A DNA stretch of 64,000 bases, taken from Atribacterota bacterium (GTDB taxonomy: Bacteria > Atribacterota > Phoenicimicrobiia > Phoenicimicrobiales > Phoenicimicrobiaceae). The stretch covers positions 1,680-65,679 of the forward strand of contig JAUWHZ010000024.1 of assembly GCA_030605615.1 (NCBI GenBank), given 5' to 3'. Below the pieces are notes generated by a model that searched no databases, had not been told where the DNA came from, and saw only the letters and a program-made list of their open reading frames with translations. Position numbers and translations under genes: made by a program. Shown piece after piece: positions 9,621 to 19,820 of this stretch. Every line of letters begins with the position of its first letter. Positions within the stretch are counted from its first letter, which is position 1.

Positions 9621-9902
9621 CTACTTTATAACATTTTCTTTTGATTCAGTATTTTGTCTCATATATCCACTGAATCTATGGGCAATAGTTTCAGGTTGAA
9701 TAGATGATAAAATTATATGATCACTATCAGTTATTATTATCGTTCTTGTTCTCCTGCCATAAGTAGCATCGATTAATTTTTTTTGAATCTTTGCCTCTTC
9801 CTTTATTCTTTTCAATGGTGCTGAGTCTGGACTTAAAATAGAAATAACTCTGTTAGAGTTTACAAAATTACCAAAACCAATATTCACCAAATCATTTATC
9901 AT
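9621..9902 (-). CDS. remA: DUF370/RemA-family regulator (YlzA-like)
   Basis: 93 aa with [34 protein letters not shown]. Sits between yicC and gmk in the conserved position. Confidence 0.75.
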   Translation of the reverse strand: MINDLVNIGFGNFVNSNRVISILSPDSAPLKRIKEEAKIQKKLIDATYGRRTRTIIITDSDHIILSSIQPETIAHRFSGYMRQNTESKENVIK

Positions 9903-9918
9903 ATTTTTCTATCTCCTA

Positions 9919-10779
9919 TTATTCAATGTTTCTGGCTTGTTCTCTTATCTTTTCTAATTCGCTTTTCGCTAATATAACCAAAGGGTTTATCTCTAAATTA
10001 TTATTCTTTGAACCAATAGTATTTACTTCTCGGTTTATTTCTTGAATAATAAAGTCCGTCTTTCTTCCTATGGGTTCATTAGATTCTAATAATTCACTAA
10101 GTTGAACTAAATGACTTTTTATTCTAACAATTTCTTCGGTTATATCGCTCTTTTCGGCAAATATAGCAGCTTCTAATTCGATCCTGCCTTCATCAACATC
10201 TAAACCATTAGTTAACTCTTTTATTTTTATTAAAAAATTATCTTTATAATTTTGTAAAGATAATTTTGAACACTTTTTAATTTTATCCATTAATTTTTCA
10301 ACCTTTTTTATTCTTTTCTTTATATCTTTAACAAGAATTTTACCTTCTTTTTCTCTCATCTTTACCAAAGAATCTATAGCCTTATTTGCAGCTTCCTCTA
10401 TCAGGGGCCACATTTTATCACTTTCTTCTTCTTTTACCACTTGAAAAATATCTTTAAATTTAATTAGAGAATTAATATCTATTTCATCTTTAAATTTATA
10501 TTTTTCTTTTAATGCTTTTGCGGCTTCATAATAAGAATTAAACAAATCTTCATTTAATATTACTTTCTCTTCTTCAGGACTATAGCTCTCGGCTTTTATT
10601 AATATATTTACTTTTCCTCTAAATATCTTTTCTTTTATAAGTTTTTCAATTTTTCGTTCAATTTCTAAAGATTGCGAATAATTTTTTATAATAATATCAC
10701 AATATCTATTATTTAAGGTTTTTATTTCTACCAAAGATTCTTTGTCTGCTTTTTTAATCTTTCCTACACCATAACCAGT
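9919..10779 (-). CDS. yicC: YicC-family stress-induced protein; start probably at the internal MTGYG Met
   Basis: YicC N-terminus (SMTGYGVGK) and C-terminal DUF1732 (..EEIVRIKSH..REVNTIGSK..). The ORF-track start at 10875 adds 32 residues. Confidence 0.75.
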   Translation of the reverse strand, partial: TGYGVGKIKKADKESLVEIKTLNNRYCDIIIKNYSQSLEIERKIEKLIKEKIFRGKVNILIKAESYSPEEEKVILNEDLFNSYYEAAKALKEKYKFKDEIDINSLIKFKDIFQVVKEEESDKMWPLIEEAANKAIDSLVKMREKEGKILVKDIKKRIKKVEKLMDKIKKCSKLSLQNYKDNFLIKIKELTNGLDVDEGRIELEAAIFAEKSDITEEIVRIKSHLVQLSELLESNEPIGRKTDFIIQEINREVNTIGSKNNNLEINPLVILAKSELEKIREQARNIE

Positions 10780-11013
10780 CATACTTTTAATCAATTTTTT
10801 CCCCTTTATGCGCCCAATTATTAAAAAAATTATAAACTTCACACTAATTTTATGGTAATACTCAAGGGTTGTCAAATAATTTCGTATTAAGGTGCGAGTT
10901 GCAAATACACTATTTTTTCTTATTTTCTTGATTATACTCCTTTAATAGATTAATATTTAGATAAAGTATAATAAATATGTTTTCTTTATTCTAATCTTAA
11001 TAAGGAGAATAAT

Positions 11014-12840
11014 ATGTCCTTAGATAGTATTAGTTTGACAGCAATCAGAAAAGAACTTATTAATATATTTAAAAAAAGTAAAATAATAAATATATTTCAA
11101 ACCAAAAAATACAAAATTATTTTTGAAGTAAAGCCTATCAGAGCATTATTATCCGATAATATAAGTAAAAAAAGAAAAACATTTTATATTCATATTTCGG
11201 TCAATCCATCTCTTAGTGAAATTTACTTTTCAGAATCAGAAAACGATAAAGAGGCCATTAGCTCTCCTTTCTTAACTTTACTGCAAAACCACCTTATCGG
11301 GGGGAAGATATTAGATATAAAACACCCGGATTTTGACCGTATTTTGCATTTTATTATCCATCCTTACCTTAAATTTGGTCAAACTCAAAATAAAATATTA
11401 ATAGCAGAATTTATGGGCAAACACAGTAACTTAATTCTTCTTAAAGAAAATAATATAATAGAGGGTAGTATAAAATTAGTAACCTCAAAAATCAATAGGT
11501 ACAGAGAAATTATTCCCGGTAAATTATATACTCCTCCTCCCCCTCAAAATAAATCTAACCCTTTAAAGATAAATAAAAAAGATTTCATTAATATCTTTTA
11601 TTCCTGTAATGACAGAGATTTAAGTTTCTGGCAGCTATTGCAAAATAATTTTAAAGGAATAAGCCAACAAAGTGCAAAAGAAATAATTTTTCAAGCAAAA
11701 TTGTCTCCGGAGGAAAATGTTTTAAAAGTATCTCAGAATGAATTAGAATTATTATGGCTTTCTTTTGATAGAATTATAGAAAATATTAAAAATCATAATT
11801 TTCATCCTGCTGTTTTTTTAGATCCCCTATCTAAGAAGATAAAAACTCATTCCATAATCGATTCTGTACAATTTCCACAATACAATAAACTATCCTTTAA
11901 TGATGCGAATTCCTGCTTAAAATATTTATTTACTGAACTGGAAAAAGAAAGAGATATTCTATCTTTAAAAAATAAAATAGATAATATAATTAATAAGAAT
12001 GTTGTAAAAGCAAAAAATAAGATAAATGTATACCAAAAAAAACTCAAAGAAGTAAAAAATTGTGAGAAATATAAACTTATGGGTGAATTAATAAAGTCAA
12101 ATCTTGGCCACATTAAAAGGGGGGATAGGGAAATTACTACTATTAACTATTACTCTCCCAATCAAGAAAATATTACTATTCCCTTAAATAATAAATTTAC
12201 CCCGCTGCAGAATGCTCAGTTTTATTTTAAAAAATATAGAAAGACAAAAGATAGTTTTAAAATAATTTTTGAACAATTAAACAAAGATAAGTTAAAATTT
12301 GCCCAATTAACGAAGCTTCAAAAATTGTATAAACAGGATAGCAATTCTCTCCCGAATCTGATAAAAATCTATAATAACTTAGAGAAATTGGGATTTACTA
12401 AAAAAATAAAAACTACAATTAAAAAACGGAAAAAGGGTGAAAATAAACTATTACCTTCGAAGTATATCTCTAAAGACGGCTGGGAAATCTATGTGGGTAA
12501 AAATAACCAACAAAATGATTTTTTAACTTTGAGATTTGCTTCCGGGAATGATATTTGGATGCATGTAAAAATTATTAAAGGTGCTCATGTAATTATTAAG
12601 AATAAAGGTAATAAGCAGACCCCTCCGCTTAGCACCTTAATTCAGGCCGCAAATTTAGCTGCTTATTTTAGTAAAGCTAAAAAAGAAAATAAAGTATTAA
12701 TCGATTATACCCTTAAAAAGCACGTAAAAAAACCTAAAAATGCCAAACCTGGCATGGTTACTTATTCTCACGAAAAAAGTCTTTTGATAAAAATAAATCC
12801 CCGGGAAATTAGAAGTATAATTTCTCAAAGTAATCATTAA
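11014..12840 (+). CDS. rqcH: Ribosome quality-control factor RqcH / fibronectin-binding protein A (NFACT-N and NFACT-R/DUF814)
   Basis: 608 aa, the only plus-strand gene. The C-terminus reads DGWEIYVGKNNQQNDFLTLRFASGNDIWMHVKIIKGAHVII, which is NFACT-R/DUF814. A coiled-coil middle region precedes it. Confidence 0.8.
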   Translation: MSLDSISLTAIRKELINIFKKSKIINIFQTKKYKIIFEVKPIRALLSDNISKKRKTFYIHISVNPSLSEIYFSESENDKEAISSPFLTLLQNHLIGGKILDIKHPDFDRILHFIIHPYLKFGQTQNKILIAEFMGKHSNLILLKENNIIEGSIKLVTSKINRYREIIPGKLYTPPPPQNKSNPLKINKKDFINIFYSCNDRDLSFWQLLQNNFKGISQQSAKEIIFQAKLSPEENVLKVSQNELELLWLSFDRIIENIKNHNFHPAVFLDPLSKKIKTHSIIDSVQFPQYNKLSFNDANSCLKYLFTELEKERDILSLKNKIDNIINKNVVKAKNKINVYQKKLKEVKNCEKYKLMGELIKSNLGHIKRGDREITTINYYSPNQENITIPLNNKFTPLQNAQFYFKKYRKTKDSFKIIFEQLNKDKLKFAQLTKLQKLYKQDSNSLPNLIKIYNNLEKLGFTKKIKTTIKKRKKGENKLLPSKYISKDGWEIYVGKNNQQNDFLTLRFASGNDIWMHVKIIKGAHVIIKNKGNKQTPPLSTLIQAANLAAYFSKAKKENKVLIDYTLKKHVKKPKNAKPGMVTYSHEKSLLIKINPREIRSIISQSNH

Positions 12841-13769
12841 TAATTATTTTTTATCTCTTCTAATGAGCTAATTAATTCTTCAATATCATTCGGTAAAGGA
12901 GCACAAAATTCCATATATTTTTTGGTGAAAGGATGAATAAAGCCTAAAATGTGAGAATGTAGGGCTTGTCGGTTTATAGTTAATTCCTGCTTTCTGTAGC
13001 CATATATTTTATCACCCACAATAGGATGGCCTATAAAAGACAGATGAACTCTTATTTGGTGAGTCCTACCTGTACGAATATCTGCTTCGAGTAATGTATG
13101 GTTTAAAAATTTTTTTAATAATTTAAACTTGGTGACTGCTTCCCTGCTGTTCCCTTCAGTTACCGCCATTTTCTTTCTATTCTTTATATTTCTACCAATC
13201 GGTGCATCAATAATTCCGGAATCATCCTTTATGTTTCCGTGGACTAAAGCAATATATTTCTTGGTTATCTGACGATTCTTTATCTGTTGAGATAAATCAA
13301 GATGGGTAAGATTATTTTTTGCAACTACCATCACCCCTGAAGTATTTTTATCTAATCGGTGAACAATTCCGGGTCTAATTATTCCACCTATTCCAGATAA
13401 AGAATCTTTACAATGGTGTAATAAGGCATTAACCAGAGTGCCAGAACATATTTTTCCTGCAGGATGAACTATCATTCCTGCTGGTTTATTTACCACAATC
13501 AAATATTCATCTTCATAAATGATATCTATGGGGATTGCTTCTGCCTTAATCTTTAACTCTTTCTCTTCGGGAGAATATAAATTAATTTTATCTCCATTTT
13601 TTAATAAATAACTTGGTTTCACTGTGTTATTATTTACTTTTATTTTGCCTTGAGTGATTAAATTTCGAATTTGAGATCTGGAGGGGTATATTTCTTCTTT
13701 GGTTAGATAGAGATCGATTCTAATCTTATCTTCACCCTTATAGGAGATAGTTTTTTCTTTTTCAATCAT
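12837..13769 (-). CDS. rluD: 23S rRNA pseudouridine synthase, RluD/RluA family
   Basis: N-terminal S4 domain and catalytic HRLDKNTSGV motif. Confidence 0.85.
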   Translation of the reverse strand: MIEKEKTISYKGEDKIRIDLYLTKEEIYPSRSQIRNLITQGKIKVNNNTVKPSYLLKNGDKINLYSPEEKELKIKAEAIPIDIIYEDEYLIVVNKPAGMIVHPAGKICSGTLVNALLHHCKDSLSGIGGIIRPGIVHRLDKNTSGVMVVAKNNLTHLDLSQQIKNRQITKKYIALVHGNIKDDSGIIDAPIGRNIKNRKKMAVTEGNSREAVTKFKLLKKFLNHTLLEADIRTGRTHQIRVHLSFIGHPIVGDKIYGYRKQELTINRQALHSHILGFIHPFTKKYMEFCAPLPNDIEELISSLEEIKNNY

Positions 13770-13790
13770 AAATAAAATCCTAATTTTAAT

Positions 13791-13850
13791 GTAGGGGTCG
13801 GATTTATCCGACCCGCCATCATTCGGGTTCGATAAATCGAACCCCTACGC
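13791..13850. repeat. Two tandem palindromic hairpins (GTAGGGGTCGGATTTATCCGACCC and GGGTTCGATAAATCGAACCCCTAC) in the lgt-rluD spacer; related copies at 965-989 and 18431-18456
   Basis: Direct reading shows imperfect palindromes with a CGGAT-WWW-ATCCG core, flanked by GTAGG/CCTAC. Confidence 0.7.
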
Positions 13851-13870
13851 AATGCTCGATACGAGATACG

Positions 13871-14677
13871 CTATTTTTGTTTTCTCTTCTTTAAAACTTT
13901 CATACATATTAAGGAGCAAAGTATAATAATTATACAAATAGCTTGAGTAGCAGTAAAATAATTAAACATTTTGTAATTATTTTCGTAAAATCTGAAAAAC
14001 TCTATTACAAAACGGGATATTGAATATAATACTAAAAAATTTAAGAAAATATATCCATCATATTTTTTGTACTTTTTAATCCCAAGAAGGATAAAAAATA
14101 TTAAAAAACCATATAAAGAGGAGTAGAGTTGAGTAGGAATTACAGGAAGAGTATGAGAGCTTCCAGAAGCAATTAATCCATCTTTTAATTGTTGTAGATA
14201 TACAGGAGGCATATTTAAAGAAGGAAACTTGAGTCCATATTTTTCCGATACTAAACCAAAACAACATCCATTTAAAAAACAACCTATTCTCGCAATTCCT
14301 AAACCAATAGCAATGGAAGGGGCAGCAATATCAGTATATTTCCAGAATGAAAGCTTGTTCCTTCTAACGTACCAGGAACCAAGGATAAAAGCTAAAATAA
14401 AACCCCCAAAAAAAGCGAGTCCCCCTTGTCTAAAATATAATATTTTAATAGGATTTTTTAAATAATAGTCAAGATAAAATATCACATAGCCTAATCTTCC
14501 TCCTATTAGTGCACCTAAAATAACATATAAACTTATATCTAAAATTCTCTCCGGATTTTCTCCAATCCTTTTTGATTCTTTCATAGCCAAGAAGATGCCC
14601 ATAATAAAAGCTAAAGCAATCATTGCTCCATAAGAATAGATAGAAAATGAACCAATATTAAATAAAATTCTATACAT
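13871..14677 (-). CDS. lgt: Prolipoprotein diacylglyceryl transferase
   Basis: Lgt signature GGRLGYVIFY and a polytopic membrane profile. Adjacent to lspA. Confidence 0.9.
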   Translation of the reverse strand: MYRILFNIGSFSIYSYGAMIALAFIMGIFLAMKESKRIGENPERILDISLYVILGALIGGRLGYVIFYLDYYLKNPIKILYFRQGGLAFFGGFILAFILGSWYVRRNKLSFWKYTDIAAPSIAIGLGIARIGCFLNGCCFGLVSEKYGLKFPSLNMPPVYLQQLKDGLIASGSSHTLPVIPTQLYSSLYGFLIFFILLGIKKYKKYDGYIFLNFLVLYSISRFVIEFFRFYENNYKMFNYFTATQAICIIIILCSLICMKVLKKRKQK

Positions 14678-14683
14678 TAAAAT

Positions 14684-15139
14684 TTACTCCTTATCTTCTT
14701 CTTTAGTATAAAATAAAAAATGAACTAATAATATTAACATCCCACATACTATCGCCGTATCAGCGAAGTTAAAAATAGGCCAGATTCTAAAATCTAAAAA
14801 ATCTATCACCCGTCCATCAATTCTCACCCGGTCAATAAGATTGCCTACTGCACCGCCCAAGACAAGGGTTAAAGGGATATACATAAAAGAGTCTTCCTTA
14901 AAAACTATTTTTTTATAAATTAAAATAGCCAAAATTACTGAAATTAACGCAGCTACCACAAAGAACATTGTTTGATATTCAAAAAGCCCAAAGGCAGTTC
15001 GGGGATTCTCTATATAAGTAATATGAAATATTCCCTTAATTATAGGTATAGATTCTCCAATCTTCATTTTGGATTGAATAAAAAATTTACTTCCTTGATC
15101 AAATAATATTACAAATATTGTCCAGCCAATAAATTTCAT
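14684..15139 (-). CDS. lspA: Lipoprotein signal peptidase II
   Basis: 151 aa, 4 TM helices, and conserved NPRTAFG / FNFADTAI motifs. Confidence 0.9.
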   Translation of the reverse strand: MKFIGWTIFVILFDQGSKFFIQSKMKIGESIPIIKGIFHITYIENPRTAFGLFEYQTMFFVVAALISVILAILIYKKIVFKEDSFMYIPLTLVLGGAVGNLIDRVRIDGRVIDFLDFRIWPIFNFADTAIVCGMLILLVHFLFYTKEEDKE

Positions 15140-15151
15140 TATATTTCCTTT

Positions 15152-17956
15152 TTATTTCTCAAAATGATTATGCATTACTTTAGCACATTTCTTACAAATA
15201 GTAGGATATTTTTGATCCTCTCCTACTTCCACATTATAGCACCAACATCTTTCACATTTCTTACCAGGAGCTTCGGTTATTAATACTTTAATAGTAGAAA
15301 TTTCTTCCCCAGGATAGATATCAGATGGCAGATCTTTTTCTCCATAAAGTACCTCTACCTTAGAAACAATAAATATAGTTTCCAATTGACCCTTAAAAGA
15401 CATCAAGTAGTCATAAATTTCCTTGTCCTCAGTATAAATATTTACTTGAGCTCCTAAGGAATTACCAATAAAACCTTCCTGTCTTTTCAATTCTAATGCC
15501 TTTAACACATCTTTTCTTATCTTTAAAATTTTATCCCACTTTTGTTCCGAATCTTTATCAATATATTTTTTGTTTATTTTGGGCCAAGAAGTAAGAAAAA
15601 TGCTTGTTTCATCTTCTTTAATTGCTTTTAAGTATTGCCAGATTTCTTCTGAGGTAAAACTTAACACCGGGGCAATTAGCTTAACTAAATCATTCAATAT
15701 CTGATACAATACCGTTTGAGCTGACCGACGTTCTATGGAATTAGAAAAATCTGTATACAACCTATCCTTAATTATATCTAAATAGAATGAACTAAGATCA
15801 ATGGTACAAAAGTTATGAACTTCATGATAAAGGGAATGAAATTCAAATTTTTCATAATATTCATTTACCCTCTTAATTAAGTTTTGAAAATTACTTAATA
15901 CTAATCTATCTAATTCGGTAAGCTTATCATAGGCAATTTTATCTGTTTCAGGATTAAAGTCATATAAATTACCCAGGACAAATCGTGCGGTATTTCTAAT
16001 TCTTCGATATATTTCCACTAATTGATCTAATATCTTGGTAGAAATCCTGATATCTGTCTTATAATCAGATGATGCAACCCATAGTCTCAATATGTCTGCT
16101 CCATATTTTTCAATAATCTCCTGAGGAGCTATAACATTACCTAATGATTTAGACATCTTTTTCCCTTTAGCATCTACGATGAAACCATGAGTCAAAACAG
16201 TTTTATACGGTGCCTTTTCAAAAGCAGCCACCGAAGTCAGCAGTGAAGTTTGGAACCAACCTCTATGTTGGTCTGTTCCTTCTAAATATAATTCTGCTGG
16301 CCAATGAAGTTCATTTCTCTGCTTAAGTACAGCAGCATGACTACATCCTGAGTCAAACCATACATCCATTATATCTTTTTCTTTCTCAAAATCTTTTCCC
16401 TGACAGTGAGGACACTGATAATCTTCAGGTAAAATATCTTTGGCAGACATAGCAAACCAAGAATCTGAACTTTTTTCTAAAAATAATTCTTTAACCCAAT
16501 TAATTGTTTCATTATTAACTATAATTTCCCCACATTTTTTACAATAGAAAACAGGGAGAGGTACTCCCCATACTCTTTGGCGAGAAATACACCAATCAGT
16601 TCTATTTTCAACCATTCCATAAATTTTTTCTTTTCCCCACTCAGGAACCCATTGGACCTTTTCTATTTCTGATAAAGCTAAATCACGAAAAGCTTCAATT
16701 GAAACAAACCATTGTTCTGTAGCACGAAAAACTACAGGTTTTTTGCAACGCCAACAGTGTGGGTAAGAATGGATTATTTTACCTAATTTCAATAAGCTAC
16801 CATTTCCTTTTAATTCTTCTATTATCGCAATATTACCCTCTTTATAACTTAATCCTTCAAATTTACCGCCTTCCTGGTTAAACTTTCCCTGACTATCAAG
16901 GGTAGTAAATATAGGTAATTTATATTTCATTGCTATTTCATAATCTTCTTGTCCATGTCCGGGAGCAGTATGGACACACCCTGTCCCTTCATCTAAAGTG
17001 GCGTGCTCACCTAATATAATTACTGAATCTCTTTCAAAAAGGGGATGTTTACATTTTATACCTTCTAAATCTTGTCCTTTTTTTGTGCCAATAATTTCAT
17101 AATTTACTATTCTCATTTCCTTCATTACTTTTTCTACCAAGGCGGAAGCTAATAAGAGATTCCCTTTTTCTGTTTTAACTAAACTATATTCAATATCCGG
17201 ATTAAGAGCAACAGCCGCATTCCCCGGGATAGTCCAGGGAGTAGTGGTCCAAATAACTACGTAGTTTTCTCCTAAATTGCTATGAAGAAATATTTTGCCC
17301 AGATCATCCTTAACTAAGAATTTTACATAAATGGAATGAGATTCTTTATCATGATATTCAATTTCTGCTGCTGCTAAAGCTGTCTCGCAATTAGCACACC
17401 AAAAGACTGGTTTCAATCCTTTATAAATGTAACCCTTAAAAAACATCTTTCCAAATACTTCTATCTGCTCGGCTTCATAAGCAGGATTGAAAGTTAAATA
17501 AGGATTATCCCATTCTCCCATTACCCCTAATCGTTTAAATTCTTCTCTTTGTACTTCAATATAATATTGTGCATATTCTTTACACTTTTTCCTTAGTTCA
17601 ACCGGGTCAATATCACCTAAAGAAACTTTTAGATTTTTTGTGACTTGATATTCTATGGGCAATCCATGAGTATCCCAGCCAGGGACATAATGAGCATTAA
17701 ACCCATTCATAGATTTATACTTGGGAATTATATCTTTTAATATCTTATTATAGGCAGTTCCGATATGTATATTGCCATTTGCATAAGGAGGACCATCATG
17801 TAAAATATATTTCTTTAGACCCTTCTTTTTTTCCAATACTTTTTTATATATATCCTGTTCTTCCCAAAATCTTAGCATTTTCGGTTCTTCTTGAGCTAAA
17901 TTTGCTTTCATTTTAAATTTTGTTTTAGGTAAATTTAAAGTATCTTTATATTCCAT
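15152..17956 (-). CDS. ileS: Isoleucine--tRNA ligase
   Basis: 934 aa with HIGH (PYANGNIHIGTA) and KMSKS (KKMSKSLGN) motifs, a CP1 editing domain and a C-terminal Zn ribbon (CERCW..CKKC). Confidence 0.95.
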   Translation of the reverse strand: MEYKDTLNLPKTKFKMKANLAQEEPKMLRFWEEQDIYKKVLEKKKGLKKYILHDGPPYANGNIHIGTAYNKILKDIIPKYKSMNGFNAHYVPGWDTHGLPIEYQVTKNLKVSLGDIDPVELRKKCKEYAQYYIEVQREEFKRLGVMGEWDNPYLTFNPAYEAEQIEVFGKMFFKGYIYKGLKPVFWCANCETALAAAEIEYHDKESHSIYVKFLVKDDLGKIFLHSNLGENYVVIWTTTPWTIPGNAAVALNPDIEYSLVKTEKGNLLLASALVEKVMKEMRIVNYEIIGTKKGQDLEGIKCKHPLFERDSVIILGEHATLDEGTGCVHTAPGHGQEDYEIAMKYKLPIFTTLDSQGKFNQEGGKFEGLSYKEGNIAIIEELKGNGSLLKLGKIIHSYPHCWRCKKPVVFRATEQWFVSIEAFRDLALSEIEKVQWVPEWGKEKIYGMVENRTDWCISRQRVWGVPLPVFYCKKCGEIIVNNETINWVKELFLEKSSDSWFAMSAKDILPEDYQCPHCQGKDFEKEKDIMDVWFDSGCSHAAVLKQRNELHWPAELYLEGTDQHRGWFQTSLLTSVAAFEKAPYKTVLTHGFIVDAKGKKMSKSLGNVIAPQEIIEKYGADILRLWVASSDYKTDIRISTKILDQLVEIYRRIRNTARFVLGNLYDFNPETDKIAYDKLTELDRLVLSNFQNLIKRVNEYYEKFEFHSLYHEVHNFCTIDLSSFYLDIIKDRLYTDFSNSIERRSAQTVLYQILNDLVKLIAPVLSFTSEEIWQYLKAIKEDETSIFLTSWPKINKKYIDKDSEQKWDKILKIRKDVLKALELKRQEGFIGNSLGAQVNIYTEDKEIYDYLMSFKGQLETIFIVSKVEVLYGEKDLPSDIYPGEEISTIKVLITEAPGKKCERCWCYNVEVGEDQKYPTICKKCAKVMHNHFEK

Positions 17957-17989
17957 AAGAATCCCTCCTAAAGCTTTATAAATATATTA

Positions 17990-18260
17990 AATAAAAACCC
18001 CTTGCCACCTAAAAGGACAAGAGGTTTAAAGTTCTCGTGGTACCACCTAATTTCTTTCATTACCTCACGATAAATGATCTCAAGGAGTAAAATATTTAAA
18101 TATATAGATAAATTCACTCCATTTTTTAACGATATTCACCGTTCTAATCTACTTTTCAAATAATTTCAATTAGAAATATTGAGATGATGTTCGATAGAAA
18201 AAATTTACAGGCTTTCACTATCCCTGCTCGCTATAAAATTGCATCTACCTACTCTTCTCT
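17990..18260 (-). promoter_or_regulatory. T-box riboswitch leader of ileS (Ile specifier AUC)
   Basis: Minus-strand RNA contains the T-box sequence AAUUAGGUGGUACCACGAG (plus 18033-18052). This is followed by the intrinsic terminator CCUCUUGUCC..GGCAAGGGG with a U-run (plus 17994-18029). A candidate specifier loop GGUGAAUAUCG presents AUC (plus 18131-18133). The 5' boundary is approximate. Confidence 0.75.
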
Positions 18261-18519
18261 ATTCTTATATAATCAATCTATTCTTTTTTTAATTTTTGTA
18301 ATAATAACACATTAAATCGCTTTATGTCAATCTTTTAGATAACGTAGAGCGTACAGCGTTTAGCGAATAGTACACATTCTCTCTTAGCTTTTAATGGCAT
18401 AAGAGCTTGATTCATCAAGCCTGCAAAATACGGGGCGGATAAATCCGACCCCTACAAGAAATAAAAACCTGTCAAATATCCGTCCCCTGACAACCGGTTA
18501 TATCCTGGCTCCTGGCTTC

Positions 18520-18843
18520 TCAAACAATTTTTCCTAATTTTTCTAAAAAATAATTCTGGTTAATATTGTAAATTTTAATAAGTTTATTTCTACTATTTTT
18601 ACCGGATAGTATCTCAATCTTAGATTTCGCTATGTCAAAATGTTTAGATAAATAAGATATACATTTTTTATTAGCCTTACCTTCAACCGGGGGTGAGGTA
18701 ATGGCAATCTTTAAAGTGTCGGCATATATCCCAATAATTTTATTTTTAAATGAACCGGGAATAATTTTAGTTCTAATTATAATATCATTGCCGACTATTT
18801 TAAAAAAATCATTGATACTGCTATTCATCTTCTGTTTCTTCAA
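18520..18843 (-). CDS. DUF167 (YggU) family protein
   Basis: 107 aa with ..IAITSPPVEGKANKKCISYLSK.. typical of DUF167. Overlaps the divIVA 3' end by 23 nt. Confidence 0.65.
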   Translation of the reverse strand: MKKQKMNSSINDFFKIVGNDIIIRTKIIPGSFKNKIIGIYADTLKIAITSPPVEGKANKKCISYLSKHFDIAKSKIEILSGKNSRNKLIKIYNINQNYFLEKLGKIV

Positions 18844-19411
18844 TTTTAAAATCTTTTTCTGCAGCTAACCTTTCTAATTTACCCGTTTTCGCTTTAGAAA
18901 CTTTTTCCACTGTTTTCGCTTTAGAAATTTCTTCACCTTTAATCTCGTAATTTCCTTCTTCCTCAAATTCCTCATTTTCAATCATTTTTAAGTATAAATT
19001 CAACATTGACTTAAATTTTTCTTTGAAAATAAATTTATATCTTCGTAGATTATCAATTTCGTTTTTCATCTCGTCTTCTCTTTGAAAGACCTGTTGTTTT
19101 ACCTTTTCAGCTTCCATCTCTGCTTTTTCTATGATTATTTTTGCTTCATTCTCTACCCTGCCTTTCATTTCTTCTGCTGCTTTTTGGGCATTTAATAAAG
19201 CACTTCTTAAGTTTTCTTCAATCTCGCTAAACTCTTTCAATCTTTCTTTCATCTTTTCAATTTCTTCGTTAAGCTTGATATTTTCATTTATCAAACCTTC
19301 ATAGTCTTTCACAATCTTATCTAAAAAATCATCTACTTCTTCCTCGTTATAACCTCTAAATGATCTGCTAAACTCTTGCTGTTCAATATCCATTGGTGTA
19401 ATTCTCATCAA
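18821..19411 (-). CDS. divIVA: Cell division protein DivIVA
   Basis: N-terminus ITPMDIEQQEFSRSFRGYNEEEVDDFLD is the DivIVA lipid-binding domain; the remainder is a long coiled coil. Confidence 0.85.
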   Translation of the reverse strand: MMRITPMDIEQQEFSRSFRGYNEEEVDDFLDKIVKDYEGLINENIKLNEEIEKMKERLKEFSEIEENLRSALLNAQKAAEEMKGRVENEAKIIIEKAEMEAEKVKQQVFQREDEMKNEIDNLRRYKFIFKEKFKSMLNLYLKMIENEEFEEEGNYEIKGEEISKAKTVEKVSKAKTGKLERLAAEKDFKIEETEDE

Positions 19412-19482
19412 CCTTACCCCCCTCTTTTAATAATTCAATTTATTTAATCTTTTATATCTTTATATATTCTTATATTTTCTTA

Positions 19483-19752
19483 TTAAAGAGCTATTCCAAT
19501 AAGTATATTAATTATTGCCCCCCGGAGTAAATTTAACAAAAAAAAGACAATTATAGGCGAAAGGTCTAACCCCACATTTCCTAAAGGTAGTATAATTCTA
19601 AAAGGAGCTAAAATGGGTTCTGTAATTTTATAAATAAATTGCACTACAGGATTATAGTGGTCTACAGGTATCCAGGTTAAAAATATCCTTGCCAAAATTA
19701 AATAACTATAAATTCTAAAAGTGGTATTAATTATCTGAATTAGTAGAAACAT
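19483..19752 (-). CDS. yggT: YggT-family membrane protein
   Basis: 89 aa, two TM helices, and a YGGT motif region (ILARIFLTWIP). Confidence 0.75.
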   Translation of the reverse strand: MFLLIQIINTTFRIYSYLILARIFLTWIPVDHYNPVVQFIYKITEPILAPFRIILPLGNVGLDLSPIIVFFLLNLLRGAIINILIGIAL

Positions 19753-19820
19753 AAAAAAATATTCCCTTCTTTTATCGATTTAAAAGTTTTATTTCGTATA
19801 AGCTAAAATTAAACATTAGG

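Noticed and set aside
11847-12113. 88-aa minus-strand ORF opposite rqcH
   Set aside because: Antisense within the well-supported 608-aa rqcH frame.
14076-14465. Two small ORFs (14076-14282 minus, 14229-14465 plus) inside lgt
   Set aside because: Nested within or antisense to lgt, whose full-length frame and motifs are intact.
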